Counted from the first letter of the stretch, positions 30,201 through 44,349 are shown. The stretch is DNA of 64,000 bases from Tubulanus polymorphus (GCF_964204645.1 NC_134029.1:6386001-6450000); one strand, 5' to 3'. Numbers and translations are program-made. Notes: generated from the sequence alone by a model not told the origin.

Positions 30201-31412
30201 AATTTACAAAAGAATTAGCGTCGTTTTCTTTCCTGCAATTCTAAGTTCTCCGTGTATAAGTTTGTTAACATTTTTTTCCGCGGATTGGATCCATACTACA
30301 TAAAATCTATACGCAGACGCATAATCTAAAGTTATGATTATCGACTGGAACGTCGGTATACTGAAGGGTTAATCCTTTACGTCACGTTACCGTTTATACC
30401 TCATCACATTGCTCGGATCGGAAAAGTCGAAATTTCGGTAATTTATCGACAGCAGACCGCCGCCTGGACCCGAGTAAGCCTAACCAGCAAGCTGAATGGC
30501 GTTGGTAGAAACGGGTACGGTATATATGCGCATGAGTTTTGGGGTCATTATGATGGTCATTTATTTAAAGTGGATATTAAGAATACGAATAGACTGTCAT
30601 CGAGGGCTAATATTGCGACTAGTTCTAATGTAGATATGATTATTGGTTATGTCTAACGGACGTCAAACTGGCGGCTGGGTCGTTAACTGCCAGGTCACCT
30701 TTGCCCGGACTCATATACAGATATATACGGCAAATAAATTGCGACCATTTCCAACCAAATATTCCGCAATTACCTTCGGCAACGACATCGTTTGGGTTCA
30801 TTATTAGTAACTAATCCTACAGTTTCTCTAGACGAAATATTCTGTATGGTGAAATCGCAAGGTCATGGCCAAACATCCATCACGTGATGCGACCGATAGT
30901 TTATTTCCCGATACGTCATTGGTGCATTTCATATTTCAGTATTCAGATTCATTATTCTAAACTAGTATTAAGCGGTAGCACAAAATCATCATCATCAGAT
31001 GTACCGACGTGCCACGGATCTAATTAGCAAAAATAAAGTACATGCTACTACACTTGTTGCAACTGAAGTTGTTTCCCCAATTGAAGCTGCATTTAAAAAG
31101 GTCTTTCGTCTCTGAATCATCAATTCCCTGGAAAGTTTCCCGGTTGAAATCATTAACGAGTGGTGTGTAGGAAACGCCATGTTTCCCGGGGATCTAGCAC
31201 TTAACGAACGTGCCCAGATTCTTCATCAGTTGCGGCGTCTGGGAATCACCCATCAAAAGCTTTTTCGCCGACTCGTTCATAATTGGTTGATAATTGTTAC
31301 CTCTTGCTTCCAGCCAAACGTCATGTTTCCAAACATTCGGCATCATGGTGGAGCACGCGTGCATTCGAGGCCCGTGATAAATTTGCTCCTGGAAAACTGA
31401 AGAGCGGTAATT
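24260..31412 (-). CDS. Hypothetical spliced antisense gene interleaved with the sGC gene (product unknown)
   Basis: Minus-strand AG/GT-bounded segments 31412-31301, 29196-29119, 26368-26266 and 24346-24260 join in phase into ~126 open codons. No family was recognised. Confidence 0.3.
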
Positions 31413-34400
31413 CTAAAAATAGATGAAAGAAATTGCGAAGAAGATTCGACCGTCATTTTGAACAAATGGCCCCAATTCTCAAAATGTAATTGCCATCTTA
31501 ATGTGGCGAACTGGCTGTTGATTTATATCCGCGGCAGTCTCGTCTGCTAGTGGTATCGTCGTTACAAATCTCCGCCGTGCGACGATTTTCGAATCGGTAA
31601 TTTTTGCCTGCGTTGAGATACAAACTTGACGCACTGGCCGTCTAATCCTTTCGTGATACCGGTGCCTTCTTCGACATATATAAATGATCGAAGTCTCAAG
31701 TACTGATTAATCTTAGCTGCGATTTCCTAACGGAACGCGTGCGGCCTATGTTGGCTTATCCCGGAGACAGTGTGGCCTAATTACATTGTTCAGAACTCAT
31801 ATGTGACCGGTAATAACCGGCGTATACCAATCTGTCAACTTACTGCCGCTGTCAAATGTCAACTGATGGATCTCTAGGTCCCTGGAGACAAGAAGTTTAA
31901 CGGAAACTGAACTGTCACATGAAGTCGAATTGATATAATCCGCCAGAAATCAGTTTAGAGATATATGTATTTTCAGTTCGCAATCAGCAAAAGTGCATTA
32001 TTTTAATACACACTCCTTTAAACTGAAACGTCATTCAATATGTTATGAGAGAGGTTCATTTATTACTGACGAATGGTTTTCGGTTCCCGTGAATAAAAAA
32101 GAATTACATATAGAAACGTAATAGCGATTAAGTATAACTTCATTGCTAATTGAACTATAGTATTGGATATCACTTGCATATTTCGTTATTAGGCAACTCA
32201 AGAAGTTAAATGATGCGCGCATGAATACTTAACTATGTAGTCGGAACTGCGCATGTGTGTAGACTGGTTACGGCGCAGGAGTGTCGTCGCTGTCTCATTC
32301 AACAGGAGCTTCTCACATCTCACATCTCGAACTGATTGGATAAATAAAATAAACTGATTTATCGTGTATGATATACACTTATATCTCTGTTGAGCACGGT
32401 TGAAGCAAAGTAAATACAGATATGAATCGTTATTTCGATTGCTGATTTTTTCCTAGATTAATGTGAGTATATATATGTGTGAATGTTTTTGAGGAAATTT
32501 CTGGGAAACGTGACTGAAAATACAATGGTTTATCAATGAAATGTTCGCTATAGATAGTGCTATATACTTTTCGTATATATATTTCCTATAGATTTTATAT
32601 TTTATTGCATGATAACCGTGTCAGCTGCGGGATTGTTTGTGATATTTCATTATTCGATCATCAGCTAGCGACCAGGGTTCCGTCTTCGTGCGGCTGCACC
32701 GACCATACGAGGCTTGGCTTACAATAATCATTCCTATTTAGTTTGCGTGCATATCTTGATTCGGTGTCTCTTACGAAAAAAAACAAACAAATAGAAACTT
32801 CTTTTATTTTTATATCTCCAGGGATTTGAAAGATGTTATTTCTATATTCACTAGCGTGTGCAGGAAAGGCTGCAAAGCTTTATTTCCCACGGACAATTTT
32901 CGATGATGCACAACTTTATTGTTACCAACCAGATATCAAGTTTATTGTAATCCACCAAATATCAAGTTTATTGTAATCCACCAAATATTACAAAATGAGA
33001 AAAAAACCACAAATAGAAAGTACATTTTATTTCGTCTGTGTTTTCCCACGGCAATCCACTTTTTGCGTTTCACTGCAACCGGAAAAATGTATCCTCCAAT
33101 ATGGCACTTGGGTTTTTCATCAATATGGACAGTCATGTCGTTACGTGTACTCTGGTGTAAGGAGGTGTTGGCTGGCGCTAATCGTTAAGGGTGGCGTTCA
33201 ATAATAGCCTTCTTGTACAGCTGGCTTATTGCCGAACGTGGAAAGCGTAAAAAATGAGTGCGCACCACCGAATTGCAAATCGGTGACATGATTTATTCAC
33301 AGTCCCGTCTTTGCCACACGAAGGATTAAGGTGTAAAGCTTCGACAAATACTCCAACGGAAATTACCTCTGGAGCAGACTCCACATTCCATCGCCGTAAA
33401 ATATGCTTAGGCTTTCTTTTTAAACACAATTTCAATTAACGGTTTCGCGTGGCAATCATGTGAATACTTGGCGTCTGATTTGGTGTGATATATGGGTAAT
33501 GCATACGAGCGACGGTTTAGAACGAACGTCAACACAGTTTATATATTGTTGGGTCACGCGCATAAAGTGATGGCTTCTATTTTCGAGCGATCGAATGAAA
33601 AGATAATCATCAGATCAAGATGATGAACATTAGACACATAATTAATTTTCTGCGACTCCGACGTCGTAACCCGATCGACTTTTCGAAGGATTTTTCATTT
33701 AGCGCTAATAGGAATATAGTTACTGCCAGGAAATTAATATTTGCAACACTAAGCCTTCAGAGTCAACTTAATATCACGACGGAAAAATATCCGCATGCGC
33801 CGGACTAGTGTCCCTCCGAATGTCTTCAACGCGGTGTTAACGTTGGAACAAATATCCCCGAGAATAACCGGACCCAGCGAACAATTCAAATAAATCACCG
33901 GCGGGCCCGAATCGAACATCAAATGGTTTCTTTGGTTGAAAATACATGTAACGCTAAGGTTTATTATGATTGATGCCCAGTCTATTGAAATTGGTTCCCG
34001 CGGTATCAAATGCTCGGAAGTTTTCGAATTGGCGTAGCTTCATAATAATCAAATCATCCAATGCTTTATGGATATAGGATTACTCCGGTCAATCTGTGTC
34101 ACTTAATTTCTGTACGATGGAGCCGTTGAAATATGACGAGTTCTTAAAACATAAACCTGTGCAGATATGATCGTTTGGTTTATGCCTTATTAAAGTCAGA
34201 CGATGATGATCCGAATGATAAGTGATTTATAGCGAATTAATAGAGCGTCTCCAAGGTTACTAGAAAAGATTTAATCATATTAATGAAAAATGATTGAACA
34301 CGAATTTAAATCATACTATACACACGTGAAAATCGCGATGGACGTTACAATTCAAAACATATCGACAAGGCTGTAGCGCGTTGGTCTGATATCACTAAAA

Positions 34401-37400
34401 CGAAAAACTAGATCTGTATCTGACGTTTCGACTTAATTTTATATACCATTTTTCAAAATCTGCTATAGATTTTGAAAATGGCTCATAGAATTGAGTCGGA
34501 TTCCCTTTTGGTTTATACTTATTTCATCGTGGGATTTTACGTTAAGGCTTTCACGTGATTAGCAGTCCTTTTTTGTTAAAACACGATGTTTCGAATAAGT
34601 TAATTCCATTCAGTAGTAACACGATCTAGTGCGGTTTTCGAACGTTCGGATCAAATCGTCCGGTGATAATTTCTGACAAATCTCTGGAGGATCTTCAAAG
34701 GCAACGGGAAAGTTTGAAGTTTCAAATGATGGTTGTAAATGTCACGACGAAGAAACGTTCGGTTATTAATAGTCACCAAGTTTTGTTTCTAAGAATTCAC
34801 GTTTTGTAATCGCTATCCAGACTTGCTTTGACTTAGAACATTTTGTTCCACAATAAAAACGCGATCTTTTTTTCACATCGCCACTTGATTTGTCTCTAAA
34901 ACCGGGTGTCTTAAAATTAAATTCGCTTGCAACCGTTAGTGACTTATTGGTCATCGTGGTCACTAAATGATGTTGTTACCAAAATCAGAATTGAATACAA
35001 ATATCAGAGGTCAGTGACTGACGTAATATCCATATCGTCTGCATGCGTGGACGTAGCAACTCTATCAGATAAATCAGTTTTCGGTTGATTCGTTCATTTT
35101 GTCGGGTGTTACAGAAACGAGAATCCAATTCCAAGTTAAGAACGAGATTTGGTAGTCGCATCGACGTACTATATCTAATGATCATTGTTGCTCAATTCAT
35201 ATTTGCTTTTGCAGGTCTGAAGCGAGATGAATGTTTGGAGCGATTCGGAGAGCATTTCTTCCACTATTGCGTCGAAAGTGGCTATGACCGAATCTTACGA
35301 GTGCTGGGCGGGAATCTGCTCGATTTTCTCTGTAATCTGGATGCCTTACACGACCACCTTGCCTCGATATACCCCGGTATGATAGCGCCATCTTTCCGCT
35401 GCAATCAGCAAAACGACGGAAGTCTTGTGTTACATTACTACAGCGACAGACGCGGCTTACATCCAATCGTAGTCGGACTGGTGCGAACGACCGCCAAATA
35501 TTTCTTCCATACCGACGTCACCGTGAAGGTCATCGCGAATAACAATGACGTAAGCGATCACGTGATATTCTCGGTTACCCCAGAACCTGGATTTAAAATC
35601 GATAGAAAAGTGATCCCTACGCAATTAGTCGTCGGTGATCCGACGAATCTCCTAAATCGGAATCATAGTTTGGAATTACCGAAAGCAACGAACATGCAGC
35701 GAGTCTTAGTTAAGAGAAACTATAGCCAAGACCCACAAGAGCTCCCACTGTCGGTTGAAACATTCTGTCGAACTTTTCCGTTCCATGTTATGTTCGATAG
35801 AGGATTGGTAATACAGCAGGCTGGAACTGCGTTATTGCGGGTCATGAAAAATTTCCGAATCAAACGCCGGCATTTGCTGTTTCTCGATTTATTTCGTGTA
35901 ATCCGGCCTGTGTTAGAGTTTAGCTTCAGTACGCTGGTCGAACACGCGAACACTGTCTTCGTAGTCACCACTAATCCCGGAGTAATTGGTCCGATCGGGG
36001 AGATCGGCGAAATTAACGACCTTAACGAAAACGACCTTAGCATGCGACTTAAAGGTCAAATGATGTACGTTCCTGAAGTGGATATGATATTATTTCTGTG
36101 TTCACCGCGGGTGGCAAATTTGGACGATTTAAAAGGGCGCGGATTGTACCTGAGCGATATCCCGTTACACGACGCAACTCGAGACCTAATACTTATCACG
36201 CAGGCCCGTCGAGCTGAACGCGAACTCGTCGAGAAACTCGAAGAAACTTCGAACAATCTCAAAATGTTACAAGCCCGTTTACAGGAGGATAAACAACGTA
36301 CCGATGAATTGCTGTTGTCCATTTTGCCGGCTGATGTCGCCGAAAAGTTGCGACTGAACGAATCGGTCGAAGCGGAACAATACGAAACTGTAACTATTTT
36401 GTTTTCCGATGTTGTTGAGTTCACTGCTCTGTGCGGAAATGAAAAAGTCACCGCGATGGATATAGTTCGTTTGCTCAATCGACTTTACACTCAATTCGAC
36501 ATACTCTGTTCCATGACTGATGTCTATAAGGTAAGTTTTCGCTGTAAAGCTATAGCTTTTAGGTTGCGGTGCTAATCCCATTGGTGACATAAATCTACCC
36601 TAATCCATATTTGCATAATGTGACTTAAGTACTATTTAGAACAATTACGTGTGGTTTTAACCGCAAAATTAGACCACGAGAGCCATCTTTGTTACATTCA
36701 TTCCCAATTATATGCTACGAATGATTCTTTTGGGTCCACTGGTAACACATATAACACGTCCACGCGGTAATAAATACCCTAGTTTTGACTACCGATAAAC
36801 CGCGGAGAACGACATTTAATTCAATAAGTTGTTCTAACGATCGGGGTAAATTTCCCTGATGATCTTACAGCAATTCTCTGAAAACTATATTCATCGGGTA
36901 ATCAGTGTTTATATTTCAATCAAGGTCGTTGATGAAAAGAACGCCAAAGTTTCCAAGGCTCGGGTACTTTTTCCCCTGCTTATACGTAAAATTCCTATTG
37001 ATAATGTTGCAATCACGCCATCTCGATGTTTTAATTCAACCGGACCAACGCAGTTCCACACTTCCGAATCAAGGTTTGATTCAGCTTTAACTCTAGCTCG
37101 CAACCGTGGAACGGCGTCCTGGGCGTATACCATATCAGTTCGCGACCCAGAATACCTTCCATAAATTCTATAGATGCCCGGATTAAAGGCGATGCAGGGA
37201 AATCCGATTTCGATATGAGTCTGTGCAAAGTAATTACTGCAGTTTGATTTCCTCCGTGACATGGCAAACGAGTGTTAAATGATGCGTCTAATGGGACTAT
37301 ATCCTAGTATATCGGCGGTTGCCTTCCTTTCACGTTTGATTAATGGTCAACTACCAATGCTACGGATAGATTTTTCCGTTATCTGCACATATATACTCTG

Positions 37401-40400
37401 CTAGGCTCCAGCGCTGCCACCGATTTTCTTTTCATTATCAAAGTTCAATTTGAACAATATTTGATCCGTGTTAGAATTTGAGTGTAGAGTTGAATAATTC
37501 GACTTCGGGAAAAATCTTACTCAACGATTCCTCGTTGATGAACTGAGAAAATCAAGGCAATTTCTAAACTCGTACCAACATAAGCCTCTTTTCGACGAAA
37601 CTATACTATATATAAAACTATATCATTTACCCGGTGAAACTATACTATAGTAGCGAAAGCTCAGCGTCAAATAGTTAACCTATGAAGTACTATCGGTCTG
37701 GTTGTATTTATTTTACACCCGGTTTACATGGCTCCTCTACGAATCTTATAAAACTAAATGAACGCATCTTAAAAATATTTGACACAGGAGAAAATCCTTA
37801 ATAATAATAATGATGATTATTTTATGTATTATAAGAAAAATTGTAAGATACTCATGTCACCCTCGTACACCCGATCACACTCTCTTGTCAGATGGCAGAA
37901 AATGGCAAAAAGATTGAACTTGATGAGATGATTTATTGATTCAACGTTGCGACTATAACCTATTTCTTAATCATGATCTGTCATCTAGAATCCACATCAA
38001 TATATTAGAATATTATTTAACATGACATTTATTAACATTTTTCAGATGGAGACAATCGGAGATGCATATATGGTGGTAGGCGGCTTACCGGAACAGGAAC
38101 CAACTCACGCTGATCGCGTAGTAAACATGGCGCTGGCGATGATCGAAAGCTCTAAGAGTATTGTTTTCCCTCCTATTGATAATAAACAGATTCAGGTAAT
38201 AATTTACTTCATCTTGAACCCATATTTACTACACCATATCTGCTTTCGCTCAGCCTTGTCAGAGCTGGAGGGTAGGATATACTCGACACCCACGCGTCCG
38301 CGAGCTTCATCCGAACGAATGTTCACTGGGAAGCAATAGGCGAATATCGCAACGGTCGGTTGCTTCATCCTTCCTGAGGACAAGCTTAAGTTTCCTGGCT
38401 ACAAAGAACGAAAAACTTATGCCACGAACCATTGATTGCATCTTTTATCATAACAATATCATGAAAATGATTAATTTTATTAACAGCGGCAAAATTCTAA
38501 TGCTCGATATATTTATGCTATCGGCGTAGGCAAGTCGAAACGCCCATTTTAAATGTCAAGCGCTTTGATCAATTTGTGTTCATTACGTGGAAAATCTGAA
38601 GCATTTCATATTATAATTTATATATACATATAAACGAAAGCATTTAATTTGCCCGGAAAGGATTTAATTATTTATAACGACGAGCGTCAGTAATCTGATA
38701 ACCATTCGCTTTGAGCGGAATAGTCATTTCGTGACATTGTGCTGATAAAGACTTGCTTCAATGGCCGTTTGTATAGTTCCGATGCGGGCACATTATGTCG
38801 CTGTGATCACGTATCAACAAAACAAGCTATAAATCCTTAAAAACGACATTAAATTCGCTTAATGGAACGAAATATCTCTGAATGAATGAATCATTAACGA
38901 CGACGATACATTTCGAAACTCACAGCGCGCTGATCCGATATCGTTCGTATACGGTGAGAATTGCGACCGAAAAAAAAATCCTTAAAATATGCAACGGAAA
39001 TCCCGAATAGCGCACCGGGCAAAAGTCATCTCGAGATGGTAATTTCGATTTCAGAAGTCTTCGTGCTGCGCGTATTCGAAAGATAATTGGATTTGAATTC
39101 AATAGGGTGATGAGCACCCCAAATACAAATTCTTCTCGTTGTAACAGAAGGAGTTGAAAAGACTTGAATTCTGAGTCGATTGTATATTTTTACGTAAAGA
39201 GAAGATAATCGAGTTGTAGAATGTTTCGAGCGGAAACAGATTATGTCGTAAATTCCATGATACAAAACACTCGCTCCTCGGTCATTAACCTTGTACTGGA
39301 TTTAGACTGGATTCATTGGTGACCACCATATTGTTGTCACTGAATGAATTAATACAGATTTATGTTTCGAAATTCCCTGGTCACTTCAATTCTTTGGTCA
39401 CTCACAAAAAACCAAACCATTAAGGCATCTAACATGGGAAACAAAACCATTTTTTCGTAGAAAAATTTACTAAAAATTAATCCGCCAACTCAATGTTTAA
39501 AATAGAAAATAACATATGTTTATTTCAGATTCGTATTGGAATTCACTCAGGGCCGGTAATGGCCGGCGTTGTCGGTCAGAAGATGCCACGATATTGCCTG
39601 TTTGGAAGGACGGTGACGTTGGCCAACAAAATGGAAAGCTGTAGCCTCCCTGGTCGTGTGAATATCAGCGATGAGGCAAAACAGTTAGTATAGAACTAAT
39701 CATCTACATTTAAAAAGATCAGTTAGCTTGAAATGAGATTTACTAACAATTTCTTATGATTGTAGGCACATTACTCAACCGATGCATTACGTATTCGAGG
39801 AAAACAACACGAGACCGGATCTACCATGCAGCTGCTTTTTCATCTCGTACCAACCGAATTCGCCGTGTCACCTGTCACCAGTTGAGTTAAACCTATCATT
39901 ACCGCTGGGATTATTTCGTACACCGTGCCCATCACCGTCTGCGTCACCGACTGTCGACTTGTCGCCTTCCAGTGAGCTGTCGGCTGCTTCGTCTCTGAGA
40001 AATTCCCCAAAGATCAACAGTCCTACATTCCAGGTTTGTATACTATAGGGATATGTGTAGTTATTTAAAGTCACGATGCTCGATATATTTCTTAAAACTT
40101 TGAGCAACCGAATTCTGTTCCCAAACATGCCTGATATATGTTCTTTTTTTGTAGATGCCGACTATCAAAATATCAAGTATAGACGAAGGTTCTGAGTCGG
40201 TTTCCGTGGTCGGAGACAAGATTCAACATTATACTCTTGTAGACGAACGCCTGAAGGATGCTCTTGTAGATAGCAATAGCGACACGGAAGAACCGCCGAA
40301 ATGTCCATTCAATAGGTTTTCAAGAAGACGTCGGAGTTACGCGGGACGATCGACGTCTCCAACTGAATTCCTCTTCCGCCGAGAGGAACGGGCAAAACTC

Positions 40401-41756
40401 GTTTCAAACTGCGATATCGTGGTCGGTACGACGTCTAAACCGCACCTAACCTCGGGTCGGTTCGATCCGCATTTAGCGCGCGTTCTACACGAAAAACTGG
40501 CTGAATATGCCGAGGACGTGAACAATAAACGCGAAGAGCGATGGAACGCTATTCACAATTGGGAAGATACGACCGACATCTTACAAATTCTCGAACAAGA
40601 AAAACCGACGAATAATCCAAAACGGTCGGAGATCTTAGACTTTGCGCAAACGACTTCGTTAACATGCCCGCGTGTGATGTCGCGCAGACGGGGTAGTCTA
40701 GCCAGTGTGCGTGAAGTCAGTGAACAATCCATGAATTATGAAATTTCGAAATTCCGACGCAGTAGATTACAACCTAGTCGTCGTAATGTTTCACCGTCGT
40801 CCTCCATTCCGGAAAATCTAACTGTAGATGACGTCAGCAGAAGTTCTCCAGACGACAGCGTATTTTCCGGCGAAGAATCTTTCGACCCAGTCAACAATGT
40901 GACGCCTGACGAAATTATCGCCACTCCGGAGAAAAGCTACGACGGTTCCGAAGGATCGTGTTGTCTTACTTTGAATCTAAATACGATATTGAAAAATAAC
41001 AAAAGTAATATACATGATTCGCTGCCACCGACGCATGACGCAAGAACAAATTGCATTAAAGACGAAGATTATGCGGAAAGGCAGTCGAGTGATACATGCG
41101 TGAAAGCAGCAGATAACCAAATACTTAATAGGACATCCATTTCTCCATCGAAATGTGAAAGATTGGTTCGTAATCTTCAACCACCGACGTTCAAAGTGAT
41201 GCCGAACGTGAAAAATAGTCGTTTAGATAATCATATCGAAATTCACTCAGGGATATCTGATGGTAAGGACTCGGATCGGACTCCGTCGCCGTGCCGCGTT
41301 TGTAAAAACGTGAACGACCAGTCGCCACAAACCGGACGAAAGTCGCGTAGTTCCCTGTCACCGGTTCTACCGAACGCCGAGGAATGCAAATGTTACCCGT
41401 CGTGTTGCTGTGATTTTTCGCATTTCGAACAAAAACAACTTTCAGAGCTGATGCGATCGGTGAAAAGCACTCCGAACAGCCGGTCGCATTCCCCGCAGCC
41501 CAAACCGCGCCGCACGTCGCTAGATTCGCCTTGCGATTCAACAAATGCTTCTCATTCGGGCATGTCTACCTCCTCCTCCACGGCTCTGGGCTTACCACAG
41601 AAATCATCATCTTTATCGAAAACGGATTCAGACATCGAGAAAATCAGGAAACGCAGTCGCGACATGAACGGTAACCGAAGTCGCACTCGTGTCCCTGACC
41701 GTAATGTGATAACTACTGTAGATGGTGCCGCTGCATTAGATGAAAGTCAAAGTTGA
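25523..41756 (+). CDS. Soluble guanylyl cyclase subunit, beta/beta-2-like H-NOX with alpha-like catalytic signature; 5' end incomplete
   Basis: GT-AG exons, all phase-compatible: 25523-25626 ([34 protein letters not shown]), 35215-36530, 38046-38195, 39529-39683, 39766-40033, 40155-41756. Motifs: [73 protein letters not shown]. Confidence 0.95.
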
Positions 41757-42830
41757 CTTGTATATTTTTTAGTACTCGCCAATGAGATCGTTATTCAGAT
41801 CGTTGATTTTAGTTACTACGAACTTGGTAAAACGTTTAGAAAAGAAAAAAAAACGTCGCATGATAATGAAAAGAAATAGATAGAATATACGTATATGCGT
41901 AGATTTGTAACTTTACTTTTGGTTTCAAATCTCAGATATATAGTAAAAGTTTTTTACCGAAAAAGAAAAACAACAATAAAAACAGTAAAAAATAACAAAT
42001 TCTTGCATTTGATAGTGTTGTAAAAATATTAATGTATACAGTAATCAATTCTATTGATTATTGTTAATTGTAACGTAGAAAAAATTGATAATGATAAGAA
42101 TAAAATTATTTTCATAATGATGAATGTTTGTGTCAGAAAAAAAACAAATAGTCTGTTGCAGTGATATGTGGATTAATAGCACATTAACGCTCAATTCTTG
42201 GATCCAGCCTTCGTCATCGAGTATTTAAAGGATCAATCTTCAAATTTCCCATCGATTAACAAGATATCGAATTTGATAGTTTGGGTTGGACACACAAGAT
42301 GAGAACTGCATGATGGTGAAGTAGGTTACAGCTATGAAAGTGGAGCCGGGGGCTGCAAATATAATAATTGCCTGAAAGAATTCCCAAAATTGCGTGTTTT
42401 ATTTCAACAAATCCTTTAATTATTATCACGATTAAGAATAAATATTCATAGAATAAGAGCTTTAGTTCTCTAAAATGACAAGATATTATTCAGTTTTTAA
42501 GATCTTCCAACACTCCGATACAACCATTATTATTATGCGGTAACGTTTTGCGACTACGGTATGCGAACCTGGAAGAATTTCTTTTGTAAAGATTCGTTGA
42601 GGTCACTTAAGTGTGCATGAAACTCGTTTTCAACGGTATTGCTCTACAGGCATACAATAATGTAATACATATAGGCTAGAAAATAAAGGGGACTGTTGTC
42701 AATAGACCAAAATGTACATCCAGGCCAGATCGTTGTGCTGTAAAATCGACGAAAGAAATTAACCAAGGATTATCTCAAAAACGCGAAGAGACATTAATGT
42801 TTAGGTGGAAACAGTGGAATTCGGTTAACA

Positions 42831-43016
42831 ATGGAATCTGGAATCAAAACTAATGGCACAGCCGTTAGCACTACCGGTACCATGGATAAAGGAACTATTA
42901 TGGTTCTAGTTTTCTTAGGATTGATTGTACTGATCGTGATTCTGATTATTTTACTAATCAAGTCGATATTCTGCGGTATGAAGTGTCCGTGTTGCAAGGA
43001 TGAAGAGAAGAAATGA
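42831..43016 (+). CDS. 61-aa single-pass membrane microprotein (Cys-rich juxtamembrane)
   Basis: acaATGG start, upstream acceptor (tttag at ~42803), N-terminal NGT sequon, ~20-residue hydrophobic helix followed by KSIFCGMKCPCC. Confidence 0.7.
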   Translation: MESGIKTNGTAVSTTGTMDKGTIMVLVFLGLIVLIVILIILLIKSIFCGMKCPCCKDEEKK

Positions 43017-43768
43017 GTTGATCATCAACATGTGTCATTTGATCGTCGAAACGTGCTTTGCATTTGCAGTACGGTGCCCGCGCCAGTTACCTGTCAGTGG
43101 TTTAGTTTCACGATCGGATATTTTCATATTAAGCCCATCCGTTTATAAAAGCTTACCACCAACGATTATGTAACTAACTACCCGCGCCCGTGGCGGACGA
43201 GCTGTTTCGGAGTTCATTGCTCATTATCGTGAATGTTGTAACTTTCAACCAAAAAGGTGGACAAAACATATACGCAACTAATATACATTAGACCATGTAC
43301 TCATCGTTTGAGCGCCCATAAAGACTCGGAAGAACCCGTGTTAGGAACTCTCACTGCAAATGGCGCAAAGTCTACTGAATGATGAAAGGCACAGCGTCAC
43401 AAAAACTGAAGATATTAACAGTGTTGCAATGATTTGTATTTCCATTTGTCGTACTTTCATAACTGTTAAATAATTTAATTCTATCGTGAAATCTGTGTTC
43501 ATTGTTGATATAATAATATATTTTGTTATCAAATAAAAAATAAATACATTTATGAAACGATTTTATCGTCATAATAGAAAACTTCCTGCTAGTTTCTAGT
43601 TAATTGGAATACGGGATTAACCCGGTATTTATAATAAGCATGCAACACTGGCAGAGTTGGATATTGGTAGAAGCAGGCTCTGTCTGGATACTTTGAAATA
43701 TACATTTTTTCACCTAACACAGGTACGTTGGGCATTTGCGTTATTTTAGTACACGCACGTACAGACCC

Positions 43769-44089
43769 CAGGCCCGTAACGAACAGGTCTATTGCAAAAA
43801 GGGCACTTTTTTCATCGTGAAAATGAGCACTTTGCTATTGAGAAAGGACAGTTCTTAAATATGATTTTTGCGATAACGTAAACATAACAAGGTTCACCTA
43901 AATTTAACAACAATCATTTATAAAAGATTTCAGTAACCGAATATATAATTTGAGAATGGATCACTTTCCAAATCCATTGTATCCAAATTTCGAAAAATCG
44001 TTACACGAACTTTTTTAAACTGACTTTTTGAAGGACGCTTTGAAGGTTTTAGGGGTTCGTTCGCTACCCCCGATGGCGGTATGGGCTTC
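43769..44089. mobile_element. Decayed MITE-like element
   Basis: Imperfect TIRs caggcccgtaacg / cggtatgggcttc, with internal gcacttt repeats. Confidence 0.4.
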
Positions 44090-44129
44090 GACCCAGCTCA
44101 GTCGAATTCCATGTATTTCTGCAACTATC

Positions 44130-44296
44130 TACAGTGGAACCTCGAAATAACGAACTCGGACTCAGGGATTAATCGGATATAACAAATATAGAATTTCGTC
44201 CCAAGAAAGAATTTCATATTGGATATAATGAATTATCGGTTACAACGAGCATATTTTCTGGTCCAGGGAAGTTCGTTGTAACGAGGTTCCATTGTA
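44130..44296. mobile_element. Tc1/mariner (pogo/Tigger-like) MITE
   Basis: TIR plus TA flank tacagtggaacctcgaaataacgaac / gttcgttgtaacgaggttccattgta (22/26), CAGT termini, internal ggatataac-type subrepeats. Confidence 0.85.
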
Positions 44297-44349
44297 GCTC
44301 CAGACGGCATTCGAATTCCGGTTATATAACAAAGAAAACTGTTTATACT

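Noticed and set aside
33367-33435. Further upstream exon for the antisense chain (…[10 protein letters not shown]|gtaatt)
   Set aside because: In-frame stop just upstream, and no credible acceptor or ATG.
34420-34481. Second hammerhead-like motif (gtcgaaacgtc) beside a short hairpin
   Set aside because: No CUGANGA core or stem I could be recovered.
35197-36590. Antisense ORFs over the sGC exon (also 40337-41544 and 45663-46323)
   Set aside because: Shadows of real coding exons on the opposite strand.
43341-43460. Third hydrophobic smORF on the minus strand
   Set aside because: Lacks the shared SIxCG..CP motif; hydrophobic ORFs arise easily in AT-rich DNA.
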